The notes under the pieces are model-generated. The model had not been told where the DNA came from, did no database searches, and worked only from the letters and a program-made list of their open reading frames with translations. Below are positions 1-8,793 of a stretch of 64,000 nucleotides of DNA, in pieces (the stretch's first letter is position 1; every line of letters begins with the position of its first letter). Made by a program: the position numbers and the translations under genes. The DNA is from an uncultured bacterium. GTDB lineage: Bacteria; Babelota; Babeliae; Babelales; Babelaceae. Location: assembly GCA_963713855.1 (NCBI GenBank), contig OY970209.1, positions 576,001-640,000 of the forward strand, given 5' to 3'.

Positions 1-1
1 A

Positions 2-1342
2 GAATATAAAGACCCACTTGGTGAGTCACTTCTTAATCGGTTTTTAAAAAGCGGCGAAGAGGCCGTTCATACCATTCCGCTTAATAATGCCCGTATGCGC
101 TTACGTACAAAGAAGGTCAAAAAAGATGGTAAAGGGTTCATACTCGGCTGTGGTTTTTACCCTGATGCATCGGAATACGTATCACTTGAGCTTGTTGAGC
201 GAACAATTCAGATGATTAAGGAGGTTGGCATGCCTAGTACGGTTCGCGCGGTTAATAATCCTGCCGGCGCCATGCTTTCTGGCGACAGTTTTCTTTTTAT
301 TATTCGTAAAGATGGTAGGATTTTGGCCCATGGCGGAGATAGGGCTCAAGTAGGAAAAAATATCAACGACCAACCGCTTTTGCCTACGGATTCCCCCGAG
401 TTGCAGGAAGAAGTTGCGTACCGGAAAGTGTTAATTGAATTCTTGCAAAGCAATAAGCCAAAAGGATGGCTTCCTCCTGTTAAGCTCAATAATACAACGC
501 AGCGTATTTTTATATCAAAGTATACCGATCCAAGGACTTCTGAAGTCTTTCTTGTAGGATCTGTTTATTTTCCTGAAATCGATGATGACGCTATTTATTC
601 ACTTGTGCAGAAGGCTATTACCTATATTAAGGCCCAGGGCAAGCAAGTTGCTTTTACAACTATTAGTACGCCAAGAGGCCCATTAGCACTCGGGCGAGGA
701 AGGGTTATCGTCTATGATGGTAATGGAATGTGCCTTGCTAATGCTGAGGATGCAAATTTTGTTGGCAACAATCTCATCAAGAGAGTTGATGCCCAAGGAC
801 ATTATTCTCTCAGGCGGCTTATTGAGGACGTAAATAAATATGGACATGCATGGTCAAGCGAGTTTTCAAGAAACACCTATAAGCTCATTTACTCCGAAAA
901 ACTTGATTTACCGGACGGCGCGCTTATCGTTTCCGCTGGTTATTGGCCAGCCTCTAAAGAGTTAACTGTTCGAGGAATGGTTGATCGTGCGGCTGATGGC
1001 TTAGTAAGTCAAGGAAAACCAGCGTCCATGTACGATTTTAGTGGTTTTGATTCCGACTTTTTGCGTGGTGAAGTTCACATAACAGCGTTTAATACTGAGG
1101 GCGTTGTCTTAGCTGATGGACCTTGGTATAAACACCTTATCTGGTCCCCCATGTCGATGCGCGATAGGTATGGAAGAAAGGTTATTGAAAAGATTCTTGC
1201 AACGGCTGCTCGTGGTGAAGGATGGGTCGACTATAAGCAAGCAAATGCAACCTTTAGGGCATATACTCGCCGAGTGGATCTAGAGCGTTCCCCGAAGAAC
1301 GTAGAAAGCGTCGTTGTTCTTTCAGGACACTATGTATTCTAA
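2..1342 (+). CDS. Tandem multi-Cache (single Cache-like) domain protein, 5'-truncated by window edge
   Basis: Frame is open from base 2 (EYKDPLGESLL...). Repeated ~125-aa units with Cache-like motifs (LV..AI..IK..G, F.....G..LAH.....VGKN, D..G....GWV.Y) joined by G(F/Y)(Y/F/W)P linkers. Confidence 0.7.
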   Translation, partial: EYKDPLGESLLNRFLKSGEEAVHTIPLNNARMRLRTKKVKKDGKGFILGCGFYPDASEYVSLELVERTIQMIKEVGMPSTVRAVNNPAGAMLSGDSFLFIIRKDGRILAHGGDRAQVGKNINDQPLLPTDSPELQEEVAYRKVLIEFLQSNKPKGWLPPVKLNNTTQRIFISKYTDPRTSEVFLVGSVYFPEIDDDAIYSLVQKAITYIKAQGKQVAFTTISTPRGPLALGRGRVIVYDGNGMCLANAEDANFVGNNLIKRVDAQGHYSLRRLIEDVNKYGHAWSSEFSRNTYKLIYSEKLDLPDGALIVSAGYWPASKELTVRGMVDRAADGLVSQGKPASMYDFSGFDSDFLRGEVHITAFNTEGVVLADGPWYKHLIWSPMSMRDRYGRKVIEKILATAARGEGWVDYKQANATFRAYTRRVDLERSPKNVESVVVLSGHYVF

Positions 1343-1450
1343 GAGACTATTATGCTAAAGAAAACTTCACCCTTGGGCTTGTAAATATTAAAACTTCATT
1401 TATAATAAAAATTGTTTTTTAAAGTAAAACATTTTTAAGATGGAGTTTTT

Positions 1451-2122
1451 ATGACAGTGCGCCCGGTTTCTGTTGTTTTGGGTATAGTTGTGCCGTTTTT
1501 GATGGCTGGTTGTATTCATCAGTCTGATGAGCAGATTTTAGAAAAAGCTGAGCGCTATTTTGCTGTTGTTTCTTTACGTTATGAAAAGCTACTTGATACG
1601 GCCGATCCTGAAAAAATTATACTTTGTGCACGCAGTCTTGGTACTTCGTCGTATGCTCCCACAACTTCATGGTTCGATTTCATATTTAAGGGTGATTCTA
1701 CCTATAGGGAGGCCATTCCTCTACACACAGTGGCACGTTTTCTAGAAAGCGATTTGGATGATTTGTATAGTCATCTTGCGTCATTACAGACGCGATTATT
1801 GGTTGGACTTCCTATTTATAAAAGGCTACAAATGTTGCGTGATGGCCTCGTGCAAGCGCTTGAGACCATCAAAGTTGATGAGGATTATATTGAAGAAGCC
1901 CGTTTTATAGATTTAAAACGTGTTGAGGAAAAGCGGCTAGCAGCTGAAAGGGATCAGCGTGACTATCTTCGAAAAATAGCTGAAAGACCACCTTATAAAG
2001 AAGAAATTACAATCACTGAAATTGTAAAAAAACCCTCAAAAAAGCACTGTGAAGTTGAATGCGACGAGACGCGGCCAGTCAAAAAACCCAAAAAGGAAAT
2101 TGCTGAGATCGTAGTAGAATAA
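1451..2122 (+). CDS. Hypothetical lipoprotein
   Basis: 223-aa ORF with GGAG SD, hydrophobic N-terminus and lipobox LMAG|C. Confidence 0.6.
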   Translation: MTVRPVSVVLGIVVPFLMAGCIHQSDEQILEKAERYFAVVSLRYEKLLDTADPEKIILCARSLGTSSYAPTTSWFDFIFKGDSTYREAIPLHTVARFLESDLDDLYSHLASLQTRLLVGLPIYKRLQMLRDGLVQALETIKVDEDYIEEARFIDLKRVEEKRLAAERDQRDYLRKIAERPPYKEEITITEIVKKPSKKHCEVECDETRPVKKPKKEIAEIVVE

Positions 2123-2160
2123 CTCTGTATTCAAAAATATAATGGGCCTTCCAAAGGCAC

Positions 2161-2195
2161 ATATACCAGAAGGGGGAAATCCCTTTCTGGTATAT
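2161..2195. terminator. Hairpin between convergent genes, probable bidirectional terminator
   Basis: atataccagaagggg...ccctttctggtatat inverted repeat. Confidence 0.5.
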
Positions 2196-2327
2196 TAAAC
2201 CCACATAAAAGTTTAAGCAGGGTGTGGGTCAAGGGCGTTTGCCCTTGCGCTGGCCGCGTAGGCGCCTCTTTCTCTTTGACTTACTATTTAGGGACTCTAC
2301 AAGGCCTAAGAAATGAGGAAGGCCTTT

Positions 2328-3224
2328 TTAAGCCATTTTTTGACGCTTTATCTCATCGGCGTAAAAAGTAAGAAGTCCTACAAAAAAAACGCTTGCTGCT
2401 AGTGCAAATTGGAGCGTCAGTTTTTCGCCAAGAAAAGCCCATCCCAACAATCCAGCAAATATAGGAATAGAAAAACCTGATAACGAAATTAAGGTTGCGC
2501 TGTGATGTTTTAGTAAAGAAGCATAAAGTGTATAGGCAATTACGTTTCCTGCAATGATCGTGTAAGTGAGTAGTAACCAAAACAGTGAAGGCGAGCTTAT
2601 GACCAATGGTGAAGGTGTATCGAGCCACGCTGAGGTTAATAAAGCTATGATGCCACTTTGGGTCATAATAAGTCCGTTAAGTTGTGCTGGCGGATAGCGA
2701 TTTTTTCGTAATTGGTGTTGTACCATAATCCAGCCAAAACGACTAAAAAGAACAGCACACAAGGCCGCAGCTTGGGGTAGCAATAAAGGGCCTGTACAGG
2801 TTTTTGTGCCCACGTTAGAAAGGTTGACTGAAAACAAAACGCCTGCGCAAGCTATCAAGATGCCAATAATCTTATTTCGTGTTAATTTTTCGCCAAAAAG
2901 TAGGTATGCGTAAAGAGCAGTTACAAATGGGTCGATGCTTCCTAAAAGTGTGGCGTGGCCAGTTTCTAAATTTTTAAGAGCGTAGTTTTTTAAAATTGAT
3001 GGGGTGTAGGTTGTAAAAAAAGCTATGCCCGTTAAAAACCGCCAATCTTCTTTTAATTGCGCGAGGGTGTAGGTGCGCTTTTTCCAAGTATAAGAAAGAA
3101 GAATTATTCCGGCGCTCAGCATTCTTATGCCAACGAATAAAACGGGTGGGATTATCGTGAGAAGGATTTTATTAACGAAGATACCGCTTGCAAAGAGAGC
3201 AAAAGTAAAGAAAATAATAAACAC
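2328..3224 (-). CDS. DMT/EamA family transporter
   Basis: About 10 hydrophobic helices in two EamA repeats (PP..F.GIR; P....L.....GEKLT). Start trimmed to GTG 3224 because the longer ORF overlaps tRNA-Ser. Confidence 0.85.
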   Translation of the reverse strand: MFIIFFTFALFASGIFVNKILLTIIPPVLFVGIRMLSAGIILLSYTWKKRTYTLAQLKEDWRFLTGIAFFTTYTPSILKNYALKNLETGHATLLGSIDPFVTALYAYLLFGEKLTRNKIIGILIACAGVLFSVNLSNVGTKTCTGPLLLPQAAALCAVLFSRFGWIMVQHQLRKNRYPPAQLNGLIMTQSGIIALLTSAWLDTPSPLVISSPSLFWLLLTYTIIAGNVIAYTLYASLLKHHSATLISLSGFSIPIFAGLLGWAFLGEKLTLQFALAASVFFVGLLTFYADEIKRQKMA

Positions 3225-3295
3225 GCGCGCACTCGGTGATTTGTTTATGTAAGTATACCCGTTTTGATTAAGAGAAGGAAAGCGGGCACTTTTAA

Positions 3296-3387
3296 TGGAG
3301 GAGAGAGTGGGATTCGAACCCACGATCCCGATCTCTCAGGATAACGGTTTTCAAGACCGCCGCCTTCGACCACTCAGCCATCTCTCC
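3296..3387 (-). tRNA. tRNA-Ser(TGA)
   Basis: Cloverleaf: acceptor GGAGAGA/TCTCTCC, anticodon loop CT-TGA-AA, long variable arm, GTTCGAATC, encoded CCA. Confidence 0.95.
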
Positions 3388-3419
3388 AGTTGAGTTTTAT
3401 GTGGTCTTCGTTTTAAAGC

Positions 3420-3496
3420 TGGTGCGCCCAGGAGGAGTCGAACCCCCAACCTTCAGATCCGTAGTCTGACGCTCTGTCCAATTGAGCTATGGGCGC
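3420..3496 (-). tRNA. tRNA-Arg(ACG)
   Basis: GCGCCCA...anticodon loop CT-ACG-GA...GTTCGACTC...TGGGCGC-A-CCA. Confidence 0.95.
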
Positions 3497-3560
3497 ATTC
3501 AATGAAAAATAATAAAAGTATTTTAACAGAATTCTCGGTGGCGGTCAAACGACAAGGGGC

Positions 3561-4094
3561 TTATTTAAATGCTTTTTGCCAAGCAAGCGCACGTTCTAGA
3601 AGCTCGTTTAAGAAAGCGTGTTTTTGATCAGAATAGCCTAAGAGTGTCCGAGTGCCTGAATTGAGGATGCGCTCTTTCATGCTGGAATATTCATGCGCCA
3701 CCAGTGGATGGGTTATAAGATAGTTTCGCAACGCAGTGTTGTTATTGCAAAGATTGCTTTTATAGCGTGTGATTGCAAGATTATATCCATGCTTTGGGCC
3801 TCTTTTTCGATAGTATAACCGCTCTGGTATGCCAGCGTGCCCGAAGCCCGTATATCCAAGCTGTTCAAGTAAGTTATTTTCTACGGTAGTTACTGTAAGA
3901 CTGTTGAGGCCGATAAGAATATCAATAATGGGTTTTGCTTTTAGGCCAGGAACGGCAATGCTGCCAAAATGTTCGATACCCTCTAATCGAGAGCCAAATA
4001 CCTTTTTAAGGGGAACTTTTTCTTCTTCGAAAAATTTTTTCCACGAAGGGCTGTATGCGACTAGAATGATTGGTTCGTCTATTTGGTGTTGCAT
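3561..4094 (-). CDS. GrpB family (UPF0157) nucleotidyltransferase-like protein
   Basis: Motifs Y...W...F..E, IEHFGS.AVPGL.AKPIIDI, LR.YL..HP....EY...K. Start trimmed to ATG 4094 to avoid tRNA overlap. Confidence 0.85.
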   Translation of the reverse strand: MQHQIDEPIILVAYSPSWKKFFEEEKVPLKKVFGSRLEGIEHFGSIAVPGLKAKPIIDILIGLNSLTVTTVENNLLEQLGYTGFGHAGIPERLYYRKRGPKHGYNLAITRYKSNLCNNNTALRNYLITHPLVAHEYSSMKERILNSGTRTLLGYSDQKHAFLNELLERALAWQKAFK

Positions 4095-4117
4095 AGTATC
4101 TATTGATAGATGGCACT

Positions 4118-4209
4118 TGGTGGAGAGAGAGGGATTCGAACCCTCGCGCCCCGTTTTACAGGACTCTTGCTTAGCAGGCAAGCGCTTTAGACCACTCAGC
4201 CATCTCTCC
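4118..4209 (-). tRNA. tRNA-Ser(GCT)
   Basis: Acceptor GGAGAGA/TCTCTCC, anticodon loop CT-GCT-AA, long variable arm, encoded CCA. Confidence 0.95.
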
Positions 4210-4410
4210 TTGCATGATTCTTATATTCTAACCAAGAAAGCCCTATTAATCAAGGCGGCTTTGGGCGTAGCTGATGACGAAGGCGTTCGAGCGTTAGGTT
4301 TTTCTGAGGGGACAGCAAACAAGTAAGTCCAGAATCAAAATAATGAGCGTCCATTGCTGTTTTCATGTTTATCATATATAATAGTTATTGTTATAATAAT
4401 AAGGTGAGCT

Positions 4411-4638
4411 ATGAAAAAGATAAATGTTACTTTTACGATTCCTGTTGAAACAAATAAGCTGCTACACTCTGTTGTTGGCCGCAGAAAAATAAGCTCCTTT
4501 GTTACTCAAGCTCTACATAAGGCGTTAAAAGAAGAGTTAGAAGCTCTTAAAGAAGCATATGCTCAGGCAGAGCAGGATCCTGATAGAAGGTCAACTATAA
4601 AAGACTGGGATGCGATAGAGATAGAAGGATGGGAATGA
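4411..4638 (+). CDS. Type II antitoxin (RHH-like N-terminus) of PemK/MazF module
   Basis: 75 aa, N-terminal beta-strand KINVTFTIP, acidic C-terminus; ATGA overlap with the toxin gene. Confidence 0.75.
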   Translation: MKKINVTFTIPVETNKLLHSVVGRRKISSFVTQALHKALKEELEALKEAYAQAEQDPDRRSTIKDWDAIEIEGWE

Positions 4639-4970
4639 GCACTTGGCCAAAACGTGGGGAAATTTACTGGGTTAATTTAGACCCAACAATGGGGTCTGAA
4701 ATTACAAAAACTCGGCCAGCGTTGATTATTTCCAATAACGCACATAACGAAATATCTCGTCGAGTTATTGTGGCTCCCATTACTAGTAAGGCAACCAAAG
4801 TTTTTCCATTTGAGGTCGCACTTACTATTAAGGACAGAAATTGTAAAATATTACTTGATCAAGTGAGAGCTATTGATAAATTAAGATTGGCTAGCAAAAT
4901 TGGCATTGTTTCGATTGATGTCTTGGAAAAAGTTGAAATTGCTCTTAAAACGGTATTTTCCTTATCATAA
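4635..4970 (+). CDS. mazF: PemK/MazF family endoribonuclease toxin
   Basis: PKRGEIYWVNLDP..GSEI.KTRPALIISN...V.VAPITS...LLDQVRAIDK.RL. Confidence 0.92.
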   Translation: MSTWPKRGEIYWVNLDPTMGSEITKTRPALIISNNAHNEISRRVIVAPITSKATKVFPFEVALTIKDRNCKILLDQVRAIDKLRLASKIGIVSIDVLEKVEIALKTVFSLS

Positions 4971-5096
4971 GTTTTAGAACAAGCGTTTCAAATAACTTGT
5001 CTAATGCAACAAGCCTCTCTAAGCGGTATCAGCCTTAATTCACTTATTATCGAGAAATTGAAAACAGATACGTAAAGATAAAATGGCTCTAGTAAG

Positions 5097-5366
5097 ATGA
5101 TTCTAGAAATTAAAGTTTTTCCGTGTTCTGGTAGGCAAGAATGGGCCATTGAAGCAAATGGCATGATTAAATGTTACCTAAAAAGCCAGCCTGAAGGTGG
5201 TAAAGCAAATCGAGAGTTTCTGATGCTTCTGGCACATTTATTGGGATTACCTGTACGGCAGCTTACCATAGTGTCGGGATTGACGACTCGTATCAAGCGG
5301 ATTAGGATACCTGTAGAGATTACTCAGGAAGCACTTTCAAAGCTTATTGAGTCACAAAACAGGTAA
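5097..5366 (+). CDS. DUF167/YggU family protein
   Basis: IKV.P, P..GKAN, IVSG.TTRIKRI motifs; 89 aa. Confidence 0.8.
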   Translation: MILEIKVFPCSGRQEWAIEANGMIKCYLKSQPEGGKANREFLMLLAHLLGLPVRQLTIVSGLTTRIKRIRIPVEITQEALSKLIESQNR

Positions 5367-5387
5367 CATTCTTACATTTTAAAATAT

Positions 5388-6557
5388 ATGCCCTATTTTA
5401 TATGGACCGGTATAGACGGCAGTGGTATCGTCAAAAAAGGAAAGCGTTTTGCGCGTACGGCACAGCTTCTCAATACGCAGCTTTTACGAGAAGAAATTGC
5501 TTTAAAGAGCTATTCTAAATCATTGTGGAACAGAGTCTTGCCATTACCAAAACAGGTTCAGGGCCAATTTGCAGAGCACTTGGCAAGCCTTTTAGAAAGG
5601 GGGATTCGTTTAGCCGATGCTCTTGATATTGTAAGTAAAACCGTGGCGTGGCCTCTGGTGCGGGATGTAGCACGCGATTGCGCCCAGGGAGTTTGTGAAG
5701 GACTATCTTTGGGCCAAGTTTTACATGCTCACGATCCATTAATAGATAGGATTTTTGTGACGCTTGTAATCGCAGGGCAGGAAGCGGGAGCCTTGCCAAA
5801 GGTATTAAGAATACTGACCAACTATTACAAGGTGCGTCAAGAACTGGCCCGGAAGTTAAAATCCTCTCTTTTAATGCCCGGCATTACTTTTCTCTTTTTT
5901 CTTTTGAGCCTTTACGGCTTATTTTATTGGATCATCCCCCGCTTTGAATCACTTTTTTTGCTCATAAAAGGTCCATTGCCACATCAAACGGCAATGCTTT
6001 TTAAAGTAAGCGCTATACTTCGTGGTAGTATGGGTTACTTTCTTGTTGGAGTAGTAGTTGTTGGGATCGTTCTTAAACGTTTTGCACCTAAGATAGATAT
6101 GCTTTTGTTTCCTTATATTAGGGAGTGGTGTTTAGCCTACCACTTAGCGTTTTTCTTTCGCTCTCTTTCGCTGCTTCTTGAAGGCGAGGTGCGTCTTCCA
6201 GAGGCATTGTCCCTGGCTTCGGAAAGTGTTTTTCATACGAAGATACGTAAAGCATTAGAGGACGTCAAATATGAGGTGGATGCTGGAAAAAGTTTTGGTT
6301 CAGCTTTATTGAGTAATGCGTTATTACGCGCACCTGAAGCTGGTATGCTTTGCAAGCTTGGCGAGTCGATGGGGACGCTCACTCCGATGGTGAGTAAAGT
6401 AGCTGAGCTTTATGAAAAACGACTCCAAGTTTTACTCGAGACAATTGCTACTACTGTTCCAGCACTTGTGCTCATACTTTTGGGATGCATGATAGGATTT
6501 TTTATCATTACCGTCTATGCGCCTCTTTTAACGCTTGCCCAGAATATTGGACCATAG
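5388..6557 (+). CDS. Type II secretion F / PilC family inner-membrane platform protein
   Basis: Two GspF repeats (LASLLERGI.L..AL; G.EAG.L..VL; L..GE..G.L) with TM segments; starts MPYF.W.G.D..G. Confidence 0.88.
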   Translation: MPYFIWTGIDGSGIVKKGKRFARTAQLLNTQLLREEIALKSYSKSLWNRVLPLPKQVQGQFAEHLASLLERGIRLADALDIVSKTVAWPLVRDVARDCAQGVCEGLSLGQVLHAHDPLIDRIFVTLVIAGQEAGALPKVLRILTNYYKVRQELARKLKSSLLMPGITFLFFLLSLYGLFYWIIPRFESLFLLIKGPLPHQTAMLFKVSAILRGSMGYFLVGVVVVGIVLKRFAPKIDMLLFPYIREWCLAYHLAFFFRSLSLLLEGEVRLPEALSLASESVFHTKIRKALEDVKYEVDAGKSFGSALLSNALLRAPEAGMLCKLGESMGTLTPMVSKVAELYEKRLQVLLETIATTVPALVLILLGCMIGFFIITVYAPLLTLAQNIGP

Positions 6558-6616
6558 CTTTCTTCGTTGACCCGCAAGCTGATTCTGGTATTCTTAAAGA
6601 ATGATATATACAGTAC

Positions 6617-6702
6617 ACCGGGGTGGCGAAATGGCAGACGCACGAGACTCAAAATCTCGCGGTGGCAACACCATGTCGGTTCGAGTCCGACCCTCGGTAC
6701 CA
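6617..6702 (+). tRNA. tRNA-Leu(CAA)
   Basis: ACCGGGG/CCTCGGT acceptor, anticodon loop CT-CAA-AA, variable arm, A-CCA end. Confidence 0.95.
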
Positions 6703-6712
6703 AGGATTGAAT

Positions 6713-7048
6713 ATGAACGAATGTGTTTTTTGTCAAATCAAAGAAAAAAAACTACCGGCGGCCTGGGTTTTTGAAGATGACCAAGTCTTTGTCATTAAGG
6801 ACAGGTCTCCACAAGCTCCGATTCATTATCTTATCATTCCTAAAGAGCATGTAATTGATATCCGGTCACTTTTGCCTGATCAACTTAAGCTTGGCGCTCT
6901 TATTTTTAAGACGGCGCAGCATCTAGCGCGTACGGTACAGGAAGCTGAACAGTTTAACTTATTCATGAATAATGGGCCAAATGCTGGTCAAAAGGTGTTT
7001 CACCTACATGCCCATTTCTTGGCTGGACGACTTCTTACCAATCTATAA
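6713..7048 (+). CDS. hinT: Histidine triad nucleotide-binding protein
   Basis: C.FC.I, D..PQAP.H.LIIPK.H, NNG..AGQ.VFHLHAH. Start at ATG 6713, after the tRNA. Confidence 0.92.
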   Translation: MNECVFCQIKEKKLPAAWVFEDDQVFVIKDRSPQAPIHYLIIPKEHVIDIRSLLPDQLKLGALIFKTAQHLARTVQEAEQFNLFMNNGPNAGQKVFHLHAHFLAGRLLTNL

Positions 7049-7050
7049 TT

Positions 7051-7137
7051 GCCGAAGTGGCGGAAATGGTAGACGCGCAGGTCTCAGAAGCCTGTGGTGG
7101 AAACACTGTGTCGGTTCGAGTCCGGCCTTCGGCACCA
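7051..7137 (+). tRNA. tRNA-Leu(CAG)
   Basis: GCCGAAG/CTTCGGC acceptor, anticodon loop CT-CAG-AA, A-CCA end. Confidence 0.95.
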
Positions 7138-7181
7138 AGTACTGTCCCGTTTTTTAAAAACATTTTGTTAGGGAATCTAAT

Positions 7182-8249
7182 ATGTTTGGCATAAAGGTTA
7201 TTTCTGCTTTGCTTTTGTCACTCATTCTTGGCTTTGGCGTCACCTACTTCTGTCCATTGTTCGACCGTTTACCGACGCCGACTGGGTTTTATGCTGTGGG
7301 AACTACCTCTTATCACTGGATTGACTCTAAAAGAACTGATTTACGAATGGACTCGGGTCATCGAGAGCTCATGATCCACGTCTATTATCCAAGACATAGT
7401 TCATGCCATAAAACGGATACATTTTCTTATATGCCTGAGCATGTAAAAGCTTTAAAAGAGACTTCATCGATCCCTCTATTTTTTTGCGCCTTTTTTCCCG
7501 ATGGTCTTGTAAGTTATGCCGAGCGTAATGCGCCTTTGGAAGTCGAAAAAGTGCCGTATCCCGTTATACTCTTCTTGCCAGGTATTGGAGGAAGCGGGCT
7601 CTATAGCAGTTATCTTGAAGAGCTTGCCAGTCACGGCTACGTGGTTGTTTACCTAGTACCTACTTTCGATACTGCTGTAACAGTTTTTCCAGATGGAAAG
7701 ATTGTATCACTCGATGCTACTTTAAAAAAAGCCATGGATGAGGTTGATAGGCTTGCGATTTACAATTATCGAACAGCTGCTCATGAACGTTGGAAGCAAG
7801 ATATAGAGTTTGTTATTGAAAAGCTCAGCGCGCTGTCGTCGAGTGGGACATCACTTTTTTATCACGCACTCAATATGGATAAGGTAGGACTTTTGGGTCA
7901 TTCGCATGGGGGATGGGTTGTTACCGATTTTTGCGCTCATAGTGCGATTTGTAAAGCCGGTATTAACATGGATGGCTGGACCAAAACTGTCGACGTAAAA
8001 TCTTTTAATAAACCTTTCCTGTTTCTTCTCAACGATCAATCAATTGAAGGTGTTGATGCATTCTACAAGTCTCTTGAATATCCAGTGCGTAAAGAGATAA
8101 TTCCTGGTGCGGGCCACGAAGCTTTTAGCGATTTCGTTTTTATTAAAAAGTCCTTATCGACCTATTTTGGCATAAGTAGCGATCCAAACCTTGTGAGAAA
8201 TAACATTATTGAAAAAATAGTGACCTTCTTTGACGCGTATTTAAAATAA
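7182..8249 (+). CDS. Alpha/beta hydrolase, PAF-acetylhydrolase-like, N-terminal signal/TM
   Basis: LP.PTG.YAVG, R.L...VYYP, EELASHGYVV, nucleophile GHSHGG, IN.DG, GAGH..FSD. Confidence 0.85.
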   Translation: MFGIKVISALLLSLILGFGVTYFCPLFDRLPTPTGFYAVGTTSYHWIDSKRTDLRMDSGHRELMIHVYYPRHSSCHKTDTFSYMPEHVKALKETSSIPLFFCAFFPDGLVSYAERNAPLEVEKVPYPVILFLPGIGGSGLYSSYLEELASHGYVVVYLVPTFDTAVTVFPDGKIVSLDATLKKAMDEVDRLAIYNYRTAAHERWKQDIEFVIEKLSALSSSGTSLFYHALNMDKVGLLGHSHGGWVVTDFCAHSAICKAGINMDGWTKTVDVKSFNKPFLFLLNDQSIEGVDAFYKSLEYPVRKEIIPGAGHEAFSDFVFIKKSLSTYFGISSDPNLVRNNIIEKIVTFFDAYLK

Positions 8250-8450
8250 AGTACGCTATCCTGGCGCCTTAGTACATTTTGAACTCTTCAGAAAAGTCTA
8301 ATGCTGTAAACTTCTAAAACTTTATTAGATGATGTTACATCATGGAGATTAAGGTTTTCAGATGACGCTATAGCTATCGCTTAATCTACTCTTGAAATTA
8401 TTTTCAATTATTTGATATATTCGTAAATGAATATATTAAGGAGACACATT

Positions 8451-8642
8451 ATGAAGAAACAAATCGTTGCAATGTTGACATTAGGATGCTTACTTACCTC
8501 TGCAATACCAGTTTTGGCTGAAGGAGGAATGTATCGTCGTGGTGAACGAAGGAGCGAGCGTCATGGTCAGCGTGAAATGCGCCGCGGCGAAAGACGTGGA
8601 TATGAAGGTCAAACGCATGAACATAGAGGGATGAGATACTAA
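8451..8642 (+). CDS. Small secreted Arg/Glu/Gly-rich protein
   Basis: AGGAG SD, Sec signal MKKQIVAMLTLGCLLTSAIPVLA, repeated MxRRGERR; followed by a strong hairpin. Confidence 0.7.
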   Translation: MKKQIVAMLTLGCLLTSAIPVLAEGGMYRRGERRSERHGQREMRRGERRGYEGQTHEHRGMRY

Positions 8643-8672
8643 TACCTCGATGTTAACACGTTTGCACGTTTT

Positions 8673-8708
8673 CAATAAACTACAAAGAAATTTCTTTGTA
8701 GTTTATTG
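8673..8708 (+). terminator. Perfect 36-bp palindrome / intrinsic terminator
   Basis: caataaactacaaagaaa|tttctttgtagtttattg followed by ctttttg. Confidence 0.7.
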
Positions 8709-8793
8709 CTTTTTGAGCAAAACTCGCTTTTGACCAATAGATGCCACTCATATATACTTCGTATCATGTAACAAAGTTGATGTTAAGATAACG

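Noticed and set aside
3497..4970. tRNA-anchored integrative element carrying the GrpB-like gene and the TA module
   Set aside because: No integrase and no duplicated tRNA 3' end (att repeat) was found by eye.
5388..6557. Complete type II secretion / type IV pilus locus
   Set aside because: Only the GspF/PilC gene is present; no ATPase, secretin or pilin genes lie in this window.
3225..6712. N-terminal extensions of ORFs 2328..3323, 3561..4181 and 6623..7048
   Set aside because: The extensions run through tRNA genes; family similarity begins at the downstream starts used.
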